A DNA stretch of 64,000 bases, from positions 310,001-374,000 of the forward strand of contig CBFFRP010000406.1 of the NCBI GenBank assembly GCA_965644295.1, written 5' to 3'. Made by a program: the position numbers and the translations under genes. Below, in pieces: positions 26,001 to 39,260 of this stretch (positions are counted from its first letter, which is position 1; every line of letters begins with the position of its first letter). The stretch is from Paraphysomonas bandaiensis. Its lineage: Eukaryota > Protista > Chrysophyceae. The notes under the pieces were generated by a model. The model did no database searches. It saw only the letters and a list, made by a program, of their open reading frames with translations, and was not told where the DNA came from.

Positions 26001-26653
26001 ATGTCAAAATTATGTCAATGTGAATGTATATAATTAGTGAGTCCTTAGCGGCGCTAGCGCATTAATAAATGTTATGAAATCTGTGCATGTCGGTAAAAAT
26101 TACATGTTTGTTTATTTTCACACTTTCTGCGAGTAGCCCTTCGTATCTTCGTATCAATGCTTGACATTAGAATGGGTAAAACGTAAGAAACTGAACGTTG
26201 AACACTCGCAGTTAATCAATTAGTAAAATTGTAATCAACATCTCTCATCACTCACTAAATTTATATTCTCACTTACCAATCGATTTTATCAGATAGTGGA
26301 TAGACGATAGACACGATCTTACACAGTCAATATGTTTCAGTTTGTCTAAACTATCTCGTATATTAGATTTCATATTATACTGTCTCTGACTACTGCGTTA
26401 AGCAACTAACGGTTATAATTCCAAAACCTTAAACTACAGCATTTTAATAGTTCAAAATCGCAATGGATACTCAACACTTCGATAGCATAGCTACATAGTA
26501 TCTGTTATTTACCCACTGTGCCCAGTACTCATATTTATCAAGTAAATAAACTAGGCATATAAAATATAAACTTTATTTATCGATGTACAACAATAAAAAG
26601 TATTAAATGCACACATCTTCACACATCTTCCAACAGAATTCCCAATATTCCCA

Positions 26654-27747
26654 TTAGAAAAACACAACAATGGCTGATACGTTGTCTGTCGTTCCTCGCT
26701 CTATGGCAGTTTCCACCTATTGAAACAATGCATTACAACTTTTCACAATAAGTGCTTTTAGGACAGCTGAACTCACTAGCATTTTAGCTGCCCCTTCGTA
26801 AGGCCCGTCCCCAAAACCTTCTAAAACTAGTTCCACAGCCTCCTGATCTGTCATTACGTCCCACACTCCATCACAGGCAAGTATTACAAAAGGGCATTTT
26901 CCTCGCTGTGACAGCTCGATAGTGCACGTGTGTGGCAAAGCGATCACAAAATCCTTCATGCCATGGTCACCGAAACTTCTTGTCACAGCAAGGATACCAA
27001 GTACTCTAACACAAAACACCAAACTATAACAATCTTCAAAAACAATTACTACACAGCAATACCTTCCGCGGGTGACAAAGCCTCCAGAGTCCTTTATTCT
27101 CTCTTGCTCTGCAGGATCGTCCGCAGTGTGATCATGAGACAAACGCTGTGCTACATAACCGCAGTCCGTTCCGGCTTGGATACTGTATGTCGGTCAGCTG
27201 AGAATTACGCATACAATTTCTACAAATACCCGTCTTCATCAATGGATGCACATAGTACCGCTCGACTGTCCCCAACATTCCCTACATACAGCGTCTTGCC
27301 GATGGGAGTATTGTGCAACAAGGCGCATACTGCAGTGGCCCCAGAAGTGGTTATATTACATTGCTTCGACATTGCATCCGTAATCAGAAAAGCCCTTTAA
27401 AATATGTTTAGGTCCATACTTCAATAGAGATAAAACAACTTACCGGGATATTCTCTCTGCTATGGTGGCATCATCGTCGTGCTGCAGCTCTACATATATA
27501 TTTTTTTCCAACTGCTCTTCTAAGAATTCAGCTATTTCACGACCTGCCACAGAAATTATTCACATCACACGACAAAAAGATCTACCATACCGCCATGTCC
27601 ATCATAGACACCGAAGTAACTGTAGCTGTCGTCGTCGCCTAGACGAGGAACAATACGATGAACGTCTTCCATTGTATTCCTCCTACCGGCGTTCATTTCT
27701 TCATGGCTACATGCCAGAGAATAGTTAGCTGTCACAAGAGAAGACAT
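26654..27747 (-). CDS. Protein phosphatase 2C (PPM family), multi-exon
   Basis: [58 protein letters not shown] and [12 protein letters not shown]. Confidence 0.95.
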
Positions 27748-27869
27748 GAGAACCCTTCGCTATGAGTATACTATGTGCTACAGAAGTAACTGCGAGAGTG
27801 AGCGTGACAGCAGGCAGAGTGTGACTGGGAGTGTAGCTTGAGTGTCGACATATACACACTACTGCTGCT

Positions 27870-27930
27870 GTATACCGGCATACGCTGGTACATACATAAC
27901 TAACGTATACCATCGTATACCATCGTATAC
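27870..27930. promoter_or_regulatory. GTATAC cluster upstream of PP2C
   Basis: Four GTATAC, three of them in a 10-bp tandem (CGTATACCAT), 120-180 bp upstream of the ATG at 27747. Confidence 0.4.
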
Positions 27931-29592
27931 ACCGTATAGTGGTGAAGACCTAGAAGCGGGCCGGTTGGACTCAACGACTAGATCGCATCTCTAGATCTGA
28001 TGCTCTCACCAAACAACTCAACTGATGGATGGTGGTGAAGGACTCCATTATGATCAACCCGATTTGCTTGTCAATGAATTCACAAACTTCTGAAGATAGC
28101 GCAGTTGCATTAGAGAGACACAGATAGTGTGAACTTAGCAGGCGATGACGAGGGTGTAGCAGCAGTTGAAGGGCGCGAAGGCGATCTGACTGTTACACTA
28201 ACCGAATCATTAACACTTGAGACGCTTCCATTTTATGCAGTGTAGTTATATCTATTTAAAGCAGTCAACCATGTTCAGCCGATATGATGATCTGCCATTG
28301 CATGGAGCATCGAGGGAAACTGCAAGTGGTGTTAAATTTTTTACAGTCTATATGAACGTAAAATCATACAGCAAATGATTACTGTATTCACTATTATTGA
28401 AGGTTGTCCTGTTCTTAGTATGGGTTGTGAGGTCTCTGGTTTGCATATATCTCGGATATATGCAGTGTAGACATTACTCGCTAAAAAGCACTGTCATATG
28501 CTCAGATAATATGTGTCGTGTTTCTCTGAGGGAAGTTCAAACTGTGGAAACAATGTACTCTTTGCATGGTCTAATTTGATTGACGCTGATTTAGTACGAA
28601 TAAATGATGGCAAAGTAGTAACTATTTCAGCAATCAAAAGAAAATTTGAATGCTTGTATTACGATGCATAGTATATCTCTCTCACTATTCATTAACCCGG
28701 CAATCTCATGTCCTGGTGATGCTGGAGACCTCAGATACAGTTCCCCGTCTCATGTGTGATATGATTCTCTATTCCACTGACCTCTCTTTCTATATATACA
28801 TATACAGACGAACTTCTCATCATATATGGGTGTGTCACTCTTACCTTTGCATTGAAAAACTTCATTCAAAGGTTCTTTGTCTGTATTCCTTAAGTATTTC
28901 TCGTTTTCAGGTTTTAGTGAGATCTGCCCGAAAGAATCGTCCATTCCAAGGGCTATATTCCTTCCGCACAGTAATGTCTTCAAACTCTCTATTCATTTTT
29001 CTTCATTGGACTCGTTAAACTATGGGATATGAGACCGCAAATGCTACCGTATCGAGTTCTGTCTACTTATTACATTCAGAGAAGTATTATAAGGGGTTAA
29101 TTCACCCGTTTTTTTCAGCGTAATAATCTGCCAACACTCTTTCTGATATACAGTCTCTTATTTACTTCCTTGGTTTAGTCTTCTCAGTTATATAGCCTGA
29201 CAGTTACTATTGAATACCTATCATGAAGTGCAATAAGTCGATCTTTCATCATAGACTCTCATGCTATTACTTATTACTGTGGTTTTTATTTATAAATTCG
29301 GTAGAAAAACGTTTGCAACTATTGTAGGCAAAATCAAGCTCCAATTTCCTATTTGATAATATAGTGCTTTCTTAACTTCTTTAATCATAAGTTATCTGTG
29401 ATAATAACTTGTGCTGCAGAACTAGACGAAATGCATCACTTAAGTCTCAATGGGCAGTGCACCTATCAGCAGATTCACTCAGTCTTTTTTTCTACTCTTG
29501 AGCTGATTGCTTAACACCACTGCACAATATATTGTAATGAACACCTGATTTAGAGTGTATAATGAACAGGCGTAATGACGAATGACGAGCAC

Positions 29593-30094
29593 CCTCAACA
29601 AAGTCGGACTCGCACGTTTTTGTGGTGTTCTGGGAATAAGTACCGGAGAGATTTCACCGGGAAACTAACGTGAGCCACATATGTAGCCAGCAGATATTGT
29701 TCTGCCCACTAATAGCCAAATGCTTATGTGGTACAATGAACACTAATTAGTGTCTTTTGTGTAGATTGGGCCTTGACGAATAAACAGGCTTTTGGGAATG
29801 AATGGACCCACCTTATTGCTTAAGGGTATCCGGGGTATTGAACTGACTGCTGAAGTCAAGCATTCGGGATGTTCACCTCAAGGACTAAAAAATTCTGCAG
29901 TTATCAGATGTCAGGTATATCAACATTCTGCTTGCTTACTGTGTTTGTTTGAGTGATACAACGAAGGTGGTTGCACCTTGGTGTTGAGGTGGGGCAGAAG
30001 CAGCATTCGTAGTGTTAAATAGAATTAGGATATCAGAGTTAAGAACTGCCTCTGAAACACCTAGTGCTAATAATAAGATATTCACTACTAATGG
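29593..30094 (-). mobile_element. Unclassified dispersed element, copy 3 (longest)
   Basis: CCTCAACAAAGTCGGACTCGCACG ... TAATAAGATATTCACTACTAATGG on +. Collinear with copies 1, 2, 4 and 5. Confidence 0.82.
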
Positions 30095-30384
30095 TGAGTA
30101 GATGTTTAGAAAAAGCAAACTGAAGGAGATATATTTCTAAATTGGTAGAATAAGAGTGCGGAATATTAATATTTTAGAATTTGAATAGACATGGAGACTT
30201 AATTAGAATTACTCGACACTCATACACAATTTAAGACTGTGAAACTTATATCAAAATTAAAAAAATACTTGAACAAGAACTTAAGTCATAGCCGCTAACT
30301 AGGCGTTATAATAACGCTTTCATGAAAATCAACAATCTGCCGCGCAGGTACTGATAATAAACTCAGAAGCAGAGCGTACAAATA

Positions 30385-33177
30385 TCACTTTTGGGAAGGG
30401 GTTTGTTCTGGACCGAACGTGTTTCGTTTCATTAATTGCATATGTCTTGCAGCGCGTTTCGCCTCTAAGAGACGAGCGTAATTCTCATTTGTCTTAAACG
30501 CCATACGAACTAGCTGGCCGGATATTACCTGATCCAACTCATGCAGGACGGCATCCCGAGTAATCACAAAACCAGAAACATCATCAGAGGCAACCACCGT
30601 ATTTGCGTTCACTCCAGCCGGAACTATGCACATACTTCCTAGAAAATTGATTGGCCCCATTGATACTGTTTTCCTTGGGTCCCCTGAAGCATGAATAATG
30701 TCTACATATCCCTCTGTAAGGAGAAATCCTTGAGTTGCAGGCTGGTCTTTGCGACAGATCACGTCGCCTTTCGAGAAGTGTTGCACTATGCACACCTTTG
30801 ACCCTTCGACCTCATGCAAAAAATCTGCTTCCCAAGTAATATCCTTTAATTTCTTGTTGTGTTCCTCGAACATCTTTACAAGATCGATTTTGGCATATTT
30901 TTGACATGAGGCAAGGTCTTTCTTGGTGATCGCTGCCGTGCCCTCAACAAACTTCATTCTATGGTCGCTACCAAAGCCATCGGCGCGCACCATTCTATAA
31001 TTGTGAAAAGAAGTTGTTTCAGATTTGTTACTCAAGATCTTTCGGGCCAGGGCACGTGCCAGTATACTCTTGAAGAGCTGGTCGTACTTCTCGTTATCCT
31101 TCGTTGAATCTGACGGTTTCTCCTTGAGGCACTCAGAGTACCACTCAATAATGATAGTGAGTGAGAGATTGAATATAATAAGTGACATCAAAAAGAACCC
31201 GAGAAAATAAACAATAGCAATAGGATGTACGGCAGCCATGGCCTCCTCCATTACGTCCAACAAATTCACAGGTAAAAAGAGTTGTTGCACTGTAATCATT
31301 GCACGCACAGGTGTCGACCAGGCAGTCAACTGCGCTCCAAAGAAAATATGACCGAGCATTGAAAATATATAAGCGACTATCACGGCGAACATCATGTTCT
31401 GCATGAAAATCGGTGCAACTGCAATAATGGCTGTCATAAATGCAGCCAAATCCCCATGAATATGGAAGATTCGGCAGCAACGCATACAGCGAAACGATGT
31501 ACGAAGATCTTGAATGCGCCCTGGTGTCAGCAACTGAAAGACAGAAGGAATCGCGACCCCCAGAACGGGGAGTGAGAGCCTCAATAACATCATACCTACA
31601 GTTCCTGCCACAAATATCCACTCATATATACTTTCATTTTGAAGGACTAACTCCATAACTCGCCCATCGCAGGCCGCCGTACGCAATAAAAATTCTCCAA
31701 TATATACGAACGTGATAAGAGTACATGGTGTTACGATCCCGCCTGTGTAAGGCAATGCGTAATCGTGCACTGCCAAATTAAGCATTAAAATGTCTGCCCA
31801 ATTTAAGTACTGCAGAAGCATTTTTTTCTCAACTAGAGGAAGGACTGTGTTGGTAGTTTTCGTCATTGTCTGTGTGACCGGAACGAACACGACATCTTTA
31901 AAGTACTCCACATATCGGTACAACATCTGCTGAGATTCATGGATACTAACTCCTCCTGTTCGTTCAAACTTGAAAGAGAGTACATCGTGAAGAGAAAGAA
32001 ACTGTAGCAAAGATATTCCGCGTCGGTCGCCCGCGGATATCAATTCGTAATACAAAGCAATTTCCTCCATACTCATGCTAGGGTATAGGTTGAGCATAAG
32101 TGCGCGCCACACCTGGTCCGAAATGAATCCAGACTTATACTCATCCAAAGCAGTAAACGCCTTGACAAGCCCTTGCATCATTTTCAGCCTCTCTTTCTTC
32201 ACTTGTTTGGAAGTAAAGGCAGTAAAAATATCAAAGGTTGCACCAAGAATTACAGAGAGAATAAATCTCTGACCAATGTAGAGCACCGTGAAGAAAAAGA
32301 TGATATACAGAGGGTGGCGCTCCACATCAGATGGGATTAGTCGATCGTAGGTATCATTGGTAAGTAACAACCACAGCCAATTGTAGCTCAAAGACTCTAT
32401 TTGATTGTCCTCGACCACCCTTGGAAACCATACATTGCACCAGACTGCTATAATCATAAGAAAAGCGACAAGAGGAGAAAGAGTCTCAGATAGACTAGGA
32501 GTCATAAGCTTTACGACAGAGAAAAAACGTCGCACACTGCGAGCTCTAAGAAGCCCTATCACAGGACGCAGAGGATTGGTTAGGGAAGTCTTACGGAACA
32601 CAAGTAGGTCAAAAAAGTGGAGGAAAACCGTTGTACCATATAGTTGTTGCCAGTCATGTGCCATGTACTCCCAGAATCCTTGATATATCATTTTCAACAC
32701 TACATCAGCGAGTTGAATTAGAAAGACAACAACATGAATGACAGATACTGTGAACGGCGAAAGATATCCAGAACATTCTTGCCCTGTGGGCTCGAAAAAT
32801 ACCATCAGCGTGTGCAATATCGACGATAGAACAACAATATGTAAAAACCAGTCACTTGTTTGAATATAAAAAATAGTGAACATGAGTTTTGATTTTTTGC
32901 TATTAGTCGCCAAACCATTCGACAGACGCCCTTGAAACGCATCCAGCACACACAGAGAGGCATACTTCGCATTCTTATCAGTTTTCTCTCTCCACTCCAA
33001 AATTAATTTCGGTAAATTGTTTCTCAATACTGCCAATATATACGCCTTTCTCTCTGGAGATATTCGAGGCTGTTCAACCTCATCAAAAGAATCTGCGGGT
33101 GATTTGGACTGATTGATTAACTCCGTCACTCGACTCCTATGAGTCGGTCGATCAGGTGTTAATGGAGCTGAGTTCAT
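30385..33177 (-). CDS. Two-pore-channel-like cation channel (2x6TM, EF-hand-like linker) with C-terminal cyclic-nucleotide-binding domain, intronless, 930 aa
   Basis: S4-like LRPVIGLLRARSVRR and LRTSFRCMRCCRIF. Pore-like LLLTNDTYD and LFLPVNLLDVM. EF-hand-like AFTALDEYKSGFIS. CNBD-like FSKGDVICRKDQPATQGFLLTEGYVDI..FLGSMCIV..NTVVA. Confidence 0.8.
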   Translation of the reverse strand: MNSAPLTPDRPTHRSRVTELINQSKSPADSFDEVEQPRISPERKAYILAVLRNNLPKLILEWREKTDKNAKYASLCVLDAFQGRLSNGLATNSKKSKLMFTIFYIQTSDWFLHIVVLSSILHTLMVFFEPTGQECSGYLSPFTVSVIHVVVFLIQLADVVLKMIYQGFWEYMAHDWQQLYGTTVFLHFFDLLVFRKTSLTNPLRPVIGLLRARSVRRFFSVVKLMTPSLSETLSPLVAFLMIIAVWCNVWFPRVVEDNQIESLSYNWLWLLLTNDTYDRLIPSDVERHPLYIIFFFTVLYIGQRFILSVILGATFDIFTAFTSKQVKKERLKMMQGLVKAFTALDEYKSGFISDQVWRALMLNLYPSMSMEEIALYYELISAGDRRGISLLQFLSLHDVLSFKFERTGGVSIHESQQMLYRYVEYFKDVVFVPVTQTMTKTTNTVLPLVEKKMLLQYLNWADILMLNLAVHDYALPYTGGIVTPCTLITFVYIGEFLLRTAACDGRVMELVLQNESIYEWIFVAGTVGMMLLRLSLPVLGVAIPSVFQLLTPGRIQDLRTSFRCMRCCRIFHIHGDLAAFMTAIIAVAPIFMQNMMFAVIVAYIFSMLGHIFFGAQLTAWSTPVRAMITVQQLFLPVNLLDVMEEAMAAVHPIAIVYFLGFFLMSLIIFNLSLTIIIEWYSECLKEKPSDSTKDNEKYDQLFKSILARALARKILSNKSETTSFHNYRMVRADGFGSDHRMKFVEGTAAITKKDLASCQKYAKIDLVKMFEEHNKKLKDITWEADFLHEVEGSKVCIVQHFSKGDVICRKDQPATQGFLLTEGYVDIIHASGDPRKTVSMGPINFLGSMCIVPAGVNANTVVASDDVSGFVITRDAVLHELDQVISGQLVRMAFKTNENYARLLEAKRAARHMQLMKRNTFGPEQTPSQK

Positions 33178-34440
33178 AATCTAGTATACAATATACGACA
33201 CGCACCCCTTTACTACTAAATAAATTATGAAAGCGTTCGATTGATTGATTTTTAACCCTTTTAGCAGATTTTAATCAGTTTGGAAAAACTAAAAATTGTG
33301 CATTTTAAGGATTCGACAGCGAAATATTAAGAAAAATGAAATGTATCTATTAAAGTGCCTCTGATGTGGTTACCAACACTTTCAGTCCACCTGAAAGAAT
33401 CTTAATGTAATGTATCTCAGGGGCTGGTGCAGGTATGTATGTACAGAGTATGTTATGTATCGACAGCAATACGAATGCATACATATCATGCATGTGCTCC
33501 CTGCTCCCATTCCGTTCTCAGTTCTCAGGCAGGATCTACTGTCAAAATCTGTAGAAATTATACAATACTCCAGTTTTGTGAGAAATTCACACTTTTTTCG
33601 TGTCATGATATTCAACAGTATTTTTCTACTATGCTGTCCATTTGGACACGCACGATTCACTCAAGATTTAAGTGAATGCAAGAGAGTCAAATTAAGTCCT
33701 GATAGCGATAAAGTGTGGTGCGGACCACAACAAATGAGTTTTTCTATGAAGATATTTTCAAGTGCTTTGATAAACATTAACACTACAGCACAGCTTTCAC
33801 TTCTCTGCGACTTAATTGCTGCTATGTTGTGGAGAGTATTTTTATCCAGGGAATACCTGTGTGGATTATGTGTCATAGTTTTACTATTATCATGTGCGGT
33901 AAGTAGTGGATAGATTAGATAACAATGAGAATTACTTGTCGCTCAGCATTGTGTATTGATGTTGCTCTCACTGCCCTGCTATTGATATACGATATACTAT
34001 ATACTATATATTGTATGTTGTATGGATGCTTTGAAGCAGGAATGAATGTTATAATTATATGAAACGACTACACTTTAAAAATTAAAGAGGTGTGTGTAAG
34101 ATATATCATAAGTAATAAGGCATCTAATGAAATACTATTTGTGAAGGCACCTAGAATACAGAATACAGGACACCTGTAAGCCTTAACTCTTTTAGTGCAA
34201 TGTAAAAGCCTGTACACAAAATAAACATTGAACTAAGTAGTGCTTCGTATACCAGTTAGCTTCTACAGAAAGTTATGCATTTACTTTCACCAAAATAACT
34301 TGGTAGATAATGAGGCTCGAAAAATAATAGATTGGATTATTCACATCGTGATGCATATATTAATTACATTAAGAGAGTTTATATCATATAACACAGCGAA
34401 AAATACACAGGATACTGCTAACAATGAAAAGATCTTATAA

Positions 34441-35442
34441 TTAAACTCGTTGAGCCCCACCTCTCATTGGTGTGCCGCAAGTCTCACACGCAGACGATAT
34501 ACTGCATGTCAGCGATAGGCAGACCGAACACATGTAGGTAAATTCGACTTGCTTATCATGGCAAGAACAAGATGCCTTGAAGTCTACACTCCTCTAGATA
34601 TTAAATAGCATTTAGATGGAGCAAAATAGAAAAAATAAAGGCACCTGTACAGGGCTGCGTAAATGTAGTCTACAGGAAGGACTGGGTAGAATATGCGTCG
34701 CCAACATCTGCAGTAGAGAATGTTCATCTGCTAATCTCTGGTAGACTCCCCCGGTAAGGAAACTCGCCTGTTGTAAAAACGAAGAGTCTTGCTCGCGCAT
34801 CACCACAGAGTCCACAGGTACACCGAATTTCTGAGCACTACAAATAGAGCGTTAGTCCCCAACACATGGCGGAAATCTACTACTGAACCTGAATATACAG
34901 TTCATCAGTGAATTATACGTGTCAGGCAAATCAGGTGACAACTGAAATACTAATATCTTAGATTCAACTTGGGGGGTTATTATTTTCCTTCTGTTGATGA
35001 CTGCAGAGAGCTCTTTAGATGTAAACTTTTCAATGCACTGGAACTTACCGCAAAGTGCTTGTGACAACGCCTGTGCAAGTGATCTATCTCTGGAAGATGA
35101 ATTGTCCATAACACTTCCGCCACTAACAGAACTCAAACAAGCCATAAGACTATGGACTAAGTCACTTGTAACAGTAGCGGGATTAGGAATATAGGCATCG
35201 AGACTGCTGTTTTGAATGTTCACTTCGGAGGGAAACAAAACAGAGCTGTCAGGTACTCCAGATGATATCACAGAGAGCATGTTATCCCTGTTCATAGCAA
35301 TGTGCATGCTGCAGTATAGGGTCACTGCCCTGACGAAATCATCAAAACTCAATGTGGTGCTCGTACTCACTGAACTACGAAATTTCCAAAGTGTGACATT
35401 GAAATCAACAATTATAACTTGCAGGACTGGTTTTTCTTCCAT
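34441..35442 (-). CDS. GTF2H3: TFIIH subunit p34/Tfb4
   Basis: vWA-like VIIVDFN..W, LAQALSQALC.INR, YNSLMNCIF, SSFLQQASFLTGGVY, and C-terminal FKASCSCH..YMCSVCLS..CETCGT zinc finger. Confidence 0.92.
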
Positions 35443-35588
35443 TATTCGCTCACAATGAAGGAGCTCGTGAGTTGCAGTAACTTGGGCGGGCTGTCCTTCA
35501 AACAATGCCTAGAGAGAACAACTAGAGTACAGTCCTCTGCTGTGTGCAGCAGTGTATGCCCCTTTAGGGGCTCATCGTAGTGCGTGTA

Positions 35589-35746
35589 GTATACAGCAGT
35601 GTACTACACAGCACAAAACGTATACCGGTATACCATGATATACGGCGGTACACCTCTGTACACATAGAGGGTAGAGGCATGGAGCGGTTTCTCTATATGG
35701 TTGATGTATATACAGTATACTGCTGCTGTGTACGTACAGAGTATAC
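35589..35746. promoter_or_regulatory. GTATAC cluster in the Tfb4/PIH1 bidirectional promoter
   Basis: Five GTATAC in the 450-bp gap between divergent ATGs at 35442 and 35893. Confidence 0.45.
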
Positions 35747-35892
35747 ATATATGTGTGCAGATGATTCCACATCTCATTGCCACAAGATTGCCTAGACTAG
35801 CAGAATTTGTAAAGCAGGTGCTTGCAGAGACTCGTTGATTGCATTGATAGAATTCAGATTTCGTGCTTTGCTCTATCTTTTCAGTCATAAGA

Positions 35893-37903
35893 ATGGCAAC
35901 TGGACAACCATCTGCGGAGGAGAGTGAGAGGATGATGAAGTTCTTAACTGATATGGAGGAACTCCAAAGAACAGATCCTGAAGGTTTTTCGAAGCTATTG
36001 GATTCGATGGGTTTAGGAGCTGCTGAGGGGGACAAGCAGGAGGCCAGTATGGGGCGAAGTGCAGTGATAGACGCCATTGCTCAACTCCGAGCATCTAAGA
36101 ATAGCGGTGTGAATGCAGACATTGAGCTTCCCGATGGAAACACATTGTCTTCCACTGGTGTGAAGAGTAAGGTAACGCATATAGCTGTGAATGTGCGCTT
36201 GTTGATATCACTCTTCAGCAAAAAGGGATACAAATTACTCCAGAGCCCGGGTTCACTGTCAAAACTAAGAACCAAAGCGGTTCGAAGGTTAGTAACTATT
36301 AGAATGCACCAAGTTAAGATAAGTTTTAGTTTTGCTAGATTTTCATAAATGTGTGCCAGCATGCTGAGATTGCTGTGCCTGCCATAAAAAAACGGCTAAA
36401 TGCAGAGGGAGAAGAAGTAGAGGGCATGAATATCCCTCTCAGTGCGGGTCCTGCGCGACTGGGAAAAGATAAAAGCGGGGTAGATTGCAGCATTTATGAT
36501 GTGATTGTAAATCCCCAGGTTATTAAGGACGTGCTGGCGGACCCCACTGGACAGCATCGAGACTTCATTTGTCAGTTGACCATCCAGAGTATTGAACAGA
36601 AGTACTCTGTAGTCTTGGACAAGCGCTACAAGTTACCGAAGATCCGCTACATGGGTGAAGTTGTACCTCAGATGATTCAGGATAGGAAAAACATGCCCAA
36701 TATAGAGGAGGTATCAGGGACCTCAAGCAATAAGAAAAAGGACGGCAAGGGCCGATCAACAGCAAAGCAGAGTAAGGTGGAAACAAAACGCGTCCAGGAG
36801 CCAGACAAGGAGTTAGAGGTTACGCAATACTGGAGATATGACAGCGGAGAAGAGGTGAAGGTGGTAGTTGAAGAAAGCCAGAGTGGATTGGGCGTTCGGG
36901 TTTATCGGGAGCCTCTTGCCGTTCCTGATGATGGAGTTACGCACCTTGTAGTTAAGGCAGTTCTGGATGTTAAGGATTCTCTTAGTACTGATAGCATATC
37001 CATTGCCCTTTCTGCATATAAACTTCAAGTTAAGGTGCCTGGATATACATCCCTCTCACTCTCGTTACCATGCGCTGTCATCTGCACCGACTTAGATGAA
37101 TCTCAAAATACAGATAGTACGCCTGTGAGTCAGATGTGTCGCATGGAGGGTTATACCCGATTGCTGTGTTTGTGCATAACCCTACCAGTAGACCGCACAC
37201 CCTGGAGCGCTGCTCCTGATCCTGGATCGAAGCCATGGATGATTGCTGAAGCACTGAGAGGATCGGACGTTGGCAACAGAGGTGGTGGAGCAGGAAGTTC
37301 TGTAGAGACCCAGAGAAATGATAGCGAGTACCCTGAAGACAAATTTCACATCCAACTCCCAGATAATGTAGATAAGTACACGGGAGTAAAGTATGATGAG
37401 GAAGAATTTCCTGAAGACAGATTCCACAAGAACGATGCGGTCTCCCAATACATTATTGATCAGAGGGAAAAAGATGTCAAGGCCAAGTGGGAGAAACATG
37501 AGAAGTATGCACATGCTAAAGTTGCTATATGTACTAATATGGTATGTCAGAGAGAAGGCAGAGAGGGCCAATGACCCTGACGTAGAGTATATCGATGTGG
37601 ATGACTTTAAGTGGGTTACCTGGCGTTTGTACTATCTTATATGATGTGGCTATTGTGTCAGACCTGGTGGAAAGTATGGCCCTGAAGGTTCCAGTGCAAG
37701 TGCTGACTTAGTGGAAGTAAAAGAAGAGCTTCAACGGGCAGCAGGTGTTGTGGCTTCGTCCTTGGAAACAGAGGTAATTTGAGATAGCTCTTAAGATTTC
37801 TTTGCTAATATGTTTATTATAGGAGAACAGGAGCAGCGCCACAGACCAAAAGGGTGGAGTTTTAGGACTGACATCTCAGCTTTGGACTGAATTATTAGAT
37901 TAA
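35893..37903 (+). CDS. PIH1-domain protein (R2TP co-chaperone / dynein assembly factor family)
   Basis: ITPEPGFTVKTK..KIFINVCQH..NIPLSAGPAR..DKSG..CSIYDVIVNP..YKLPKIRYMG, followed by a CS-like region. Ends LWTELLD*. Confidence 0.87.
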
Positions 37904-38440
37904 TAATATAGCAATCGTAAATATAGTAGTCAGTAGTCAGCACCCAATTTCTTGCATTGTGCACTTTAATGGTAAAATATTTAGCTGTTTTTGGTTCATC
38001 CCTTGAAGGTGTGACACTTGGTAGCTAGTATACTAGTTCGTCGGTGTTGGAATACGTATGTTCCCCATAAATAGAACTGTATTATTCGTTAAATACGATG
38101 AGTCAAAATACTATCTAGCTGTAAAACTGGAGTATCATGACGATTTACACACGGAAATCAGATCAGAATGATGAAATTATGTTGGTGATGAGTATTATGT
38201 GCAATGACACAATAGTTTAAGGTGTAAGCGTGTAAGCAATAATATAATCTATCTAGTATCTAGTCTGACGACTTAACTTTCCATTAGCGATCAAATATAT
38301 AAAGGACAATCGTGGGGAAATTGTTAGGAAGTCATCGTTGAAGCGATTAATTCTATAAACATATTACAAAATACATGCAACAAGTATAATTTTTATATAG
38401 TTAACTTAATAATATACATAATTTGTAACAACCTGAAACC

Positions 38441-39260
38441 TTAAGATGAAAGAATGGCAGGTATTATCAGTACAGCGATAATGAAGTATGCCGTCGTGGC
38501 GATAACAAAAACACCGTGGACATACAACACAACTAAGAACATCCAAAACGCGAGCAAGTTTCGTTTTCCAATACATTTCCCAGTAAAGGGGCAGTGGTGA
38601 TCCAGCTACAATAAGAATTGTTGTCACACAATGATAAAAACAATATAATGGATAAGTACCTTATCCACACAAACAGCGCACTGATAGCAATGTCTCGCCG
38701 AATGTGGTCGTTGTATACGGCACTGATTGCATTCATATGTAACAGGCGATGGCTCCATCGAAACACTATCAGCAATGTTGCTTTCAATGTCCTCAGATAC
38801 TGAATTAGATGCTTTGAATACAATTCCGGGATCAGAACATGCGGTGTAGGAAAAGGTGATAAGTACAACAACTAATGATGCGATTGCGACGTAGGTCATA
38901 ATACGAGATATTGCTTCAGATACGTATATAATGAAAATAACGGATATGGAAATGATCTCCACGTATGTGGTCAGCATAACCGGCCAGTGCGGTCCCACCT
39001 GAGAAGCGTCAAGAAAATAATATTTAAAATGTACACATACCAATAACTGAAAAGGAAAATATGATTTCTTATATCCGTAGATCAATATGTTGTTTTCAAT
39101 CCAATGTGGCGTGAAATAGAAAACATTGTCGTTGACCAAATCCTGAATACATAAGTGAGATACACGTATGTGAAGTGTCTCGCATATCACCCACCTCGCC
39201 ATCAGGAAATTTTTTGACACAGAAACACAAGAGTGATGTAGACGGTGGTTGAATAGACAT
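38441..39260 (-). CDS. DHHC protein S-palmitoyltransferase, 4 exons
   Basis: VGPHW, TACSDPG and CNQCRIQRPHSARHCYQCAVCVDK|LDHHCPFTGKCIGKRNL across an intron. Confidence 0.94.

Noticed and set aside
28020-29040. Coding-looking fragments (also 2870-3160, 17640-17930, 50900-51100, 55870-56790)
   Set aside because: Interrupted by stops with no recognisable motif or consistent splice model. They may be old TE or gene relics but cannot be called without a search.
29593-30094. Hammerhead ribozyme/retrozyme, tRNA-SINE or canonical Helitron interpretation of the repeat
   Set aside because: No CUGANGA...GAAA core on either strand, no recognisable A/B boxes or tail, and no A|TC start or hairpin next to a consistent CTRR end.
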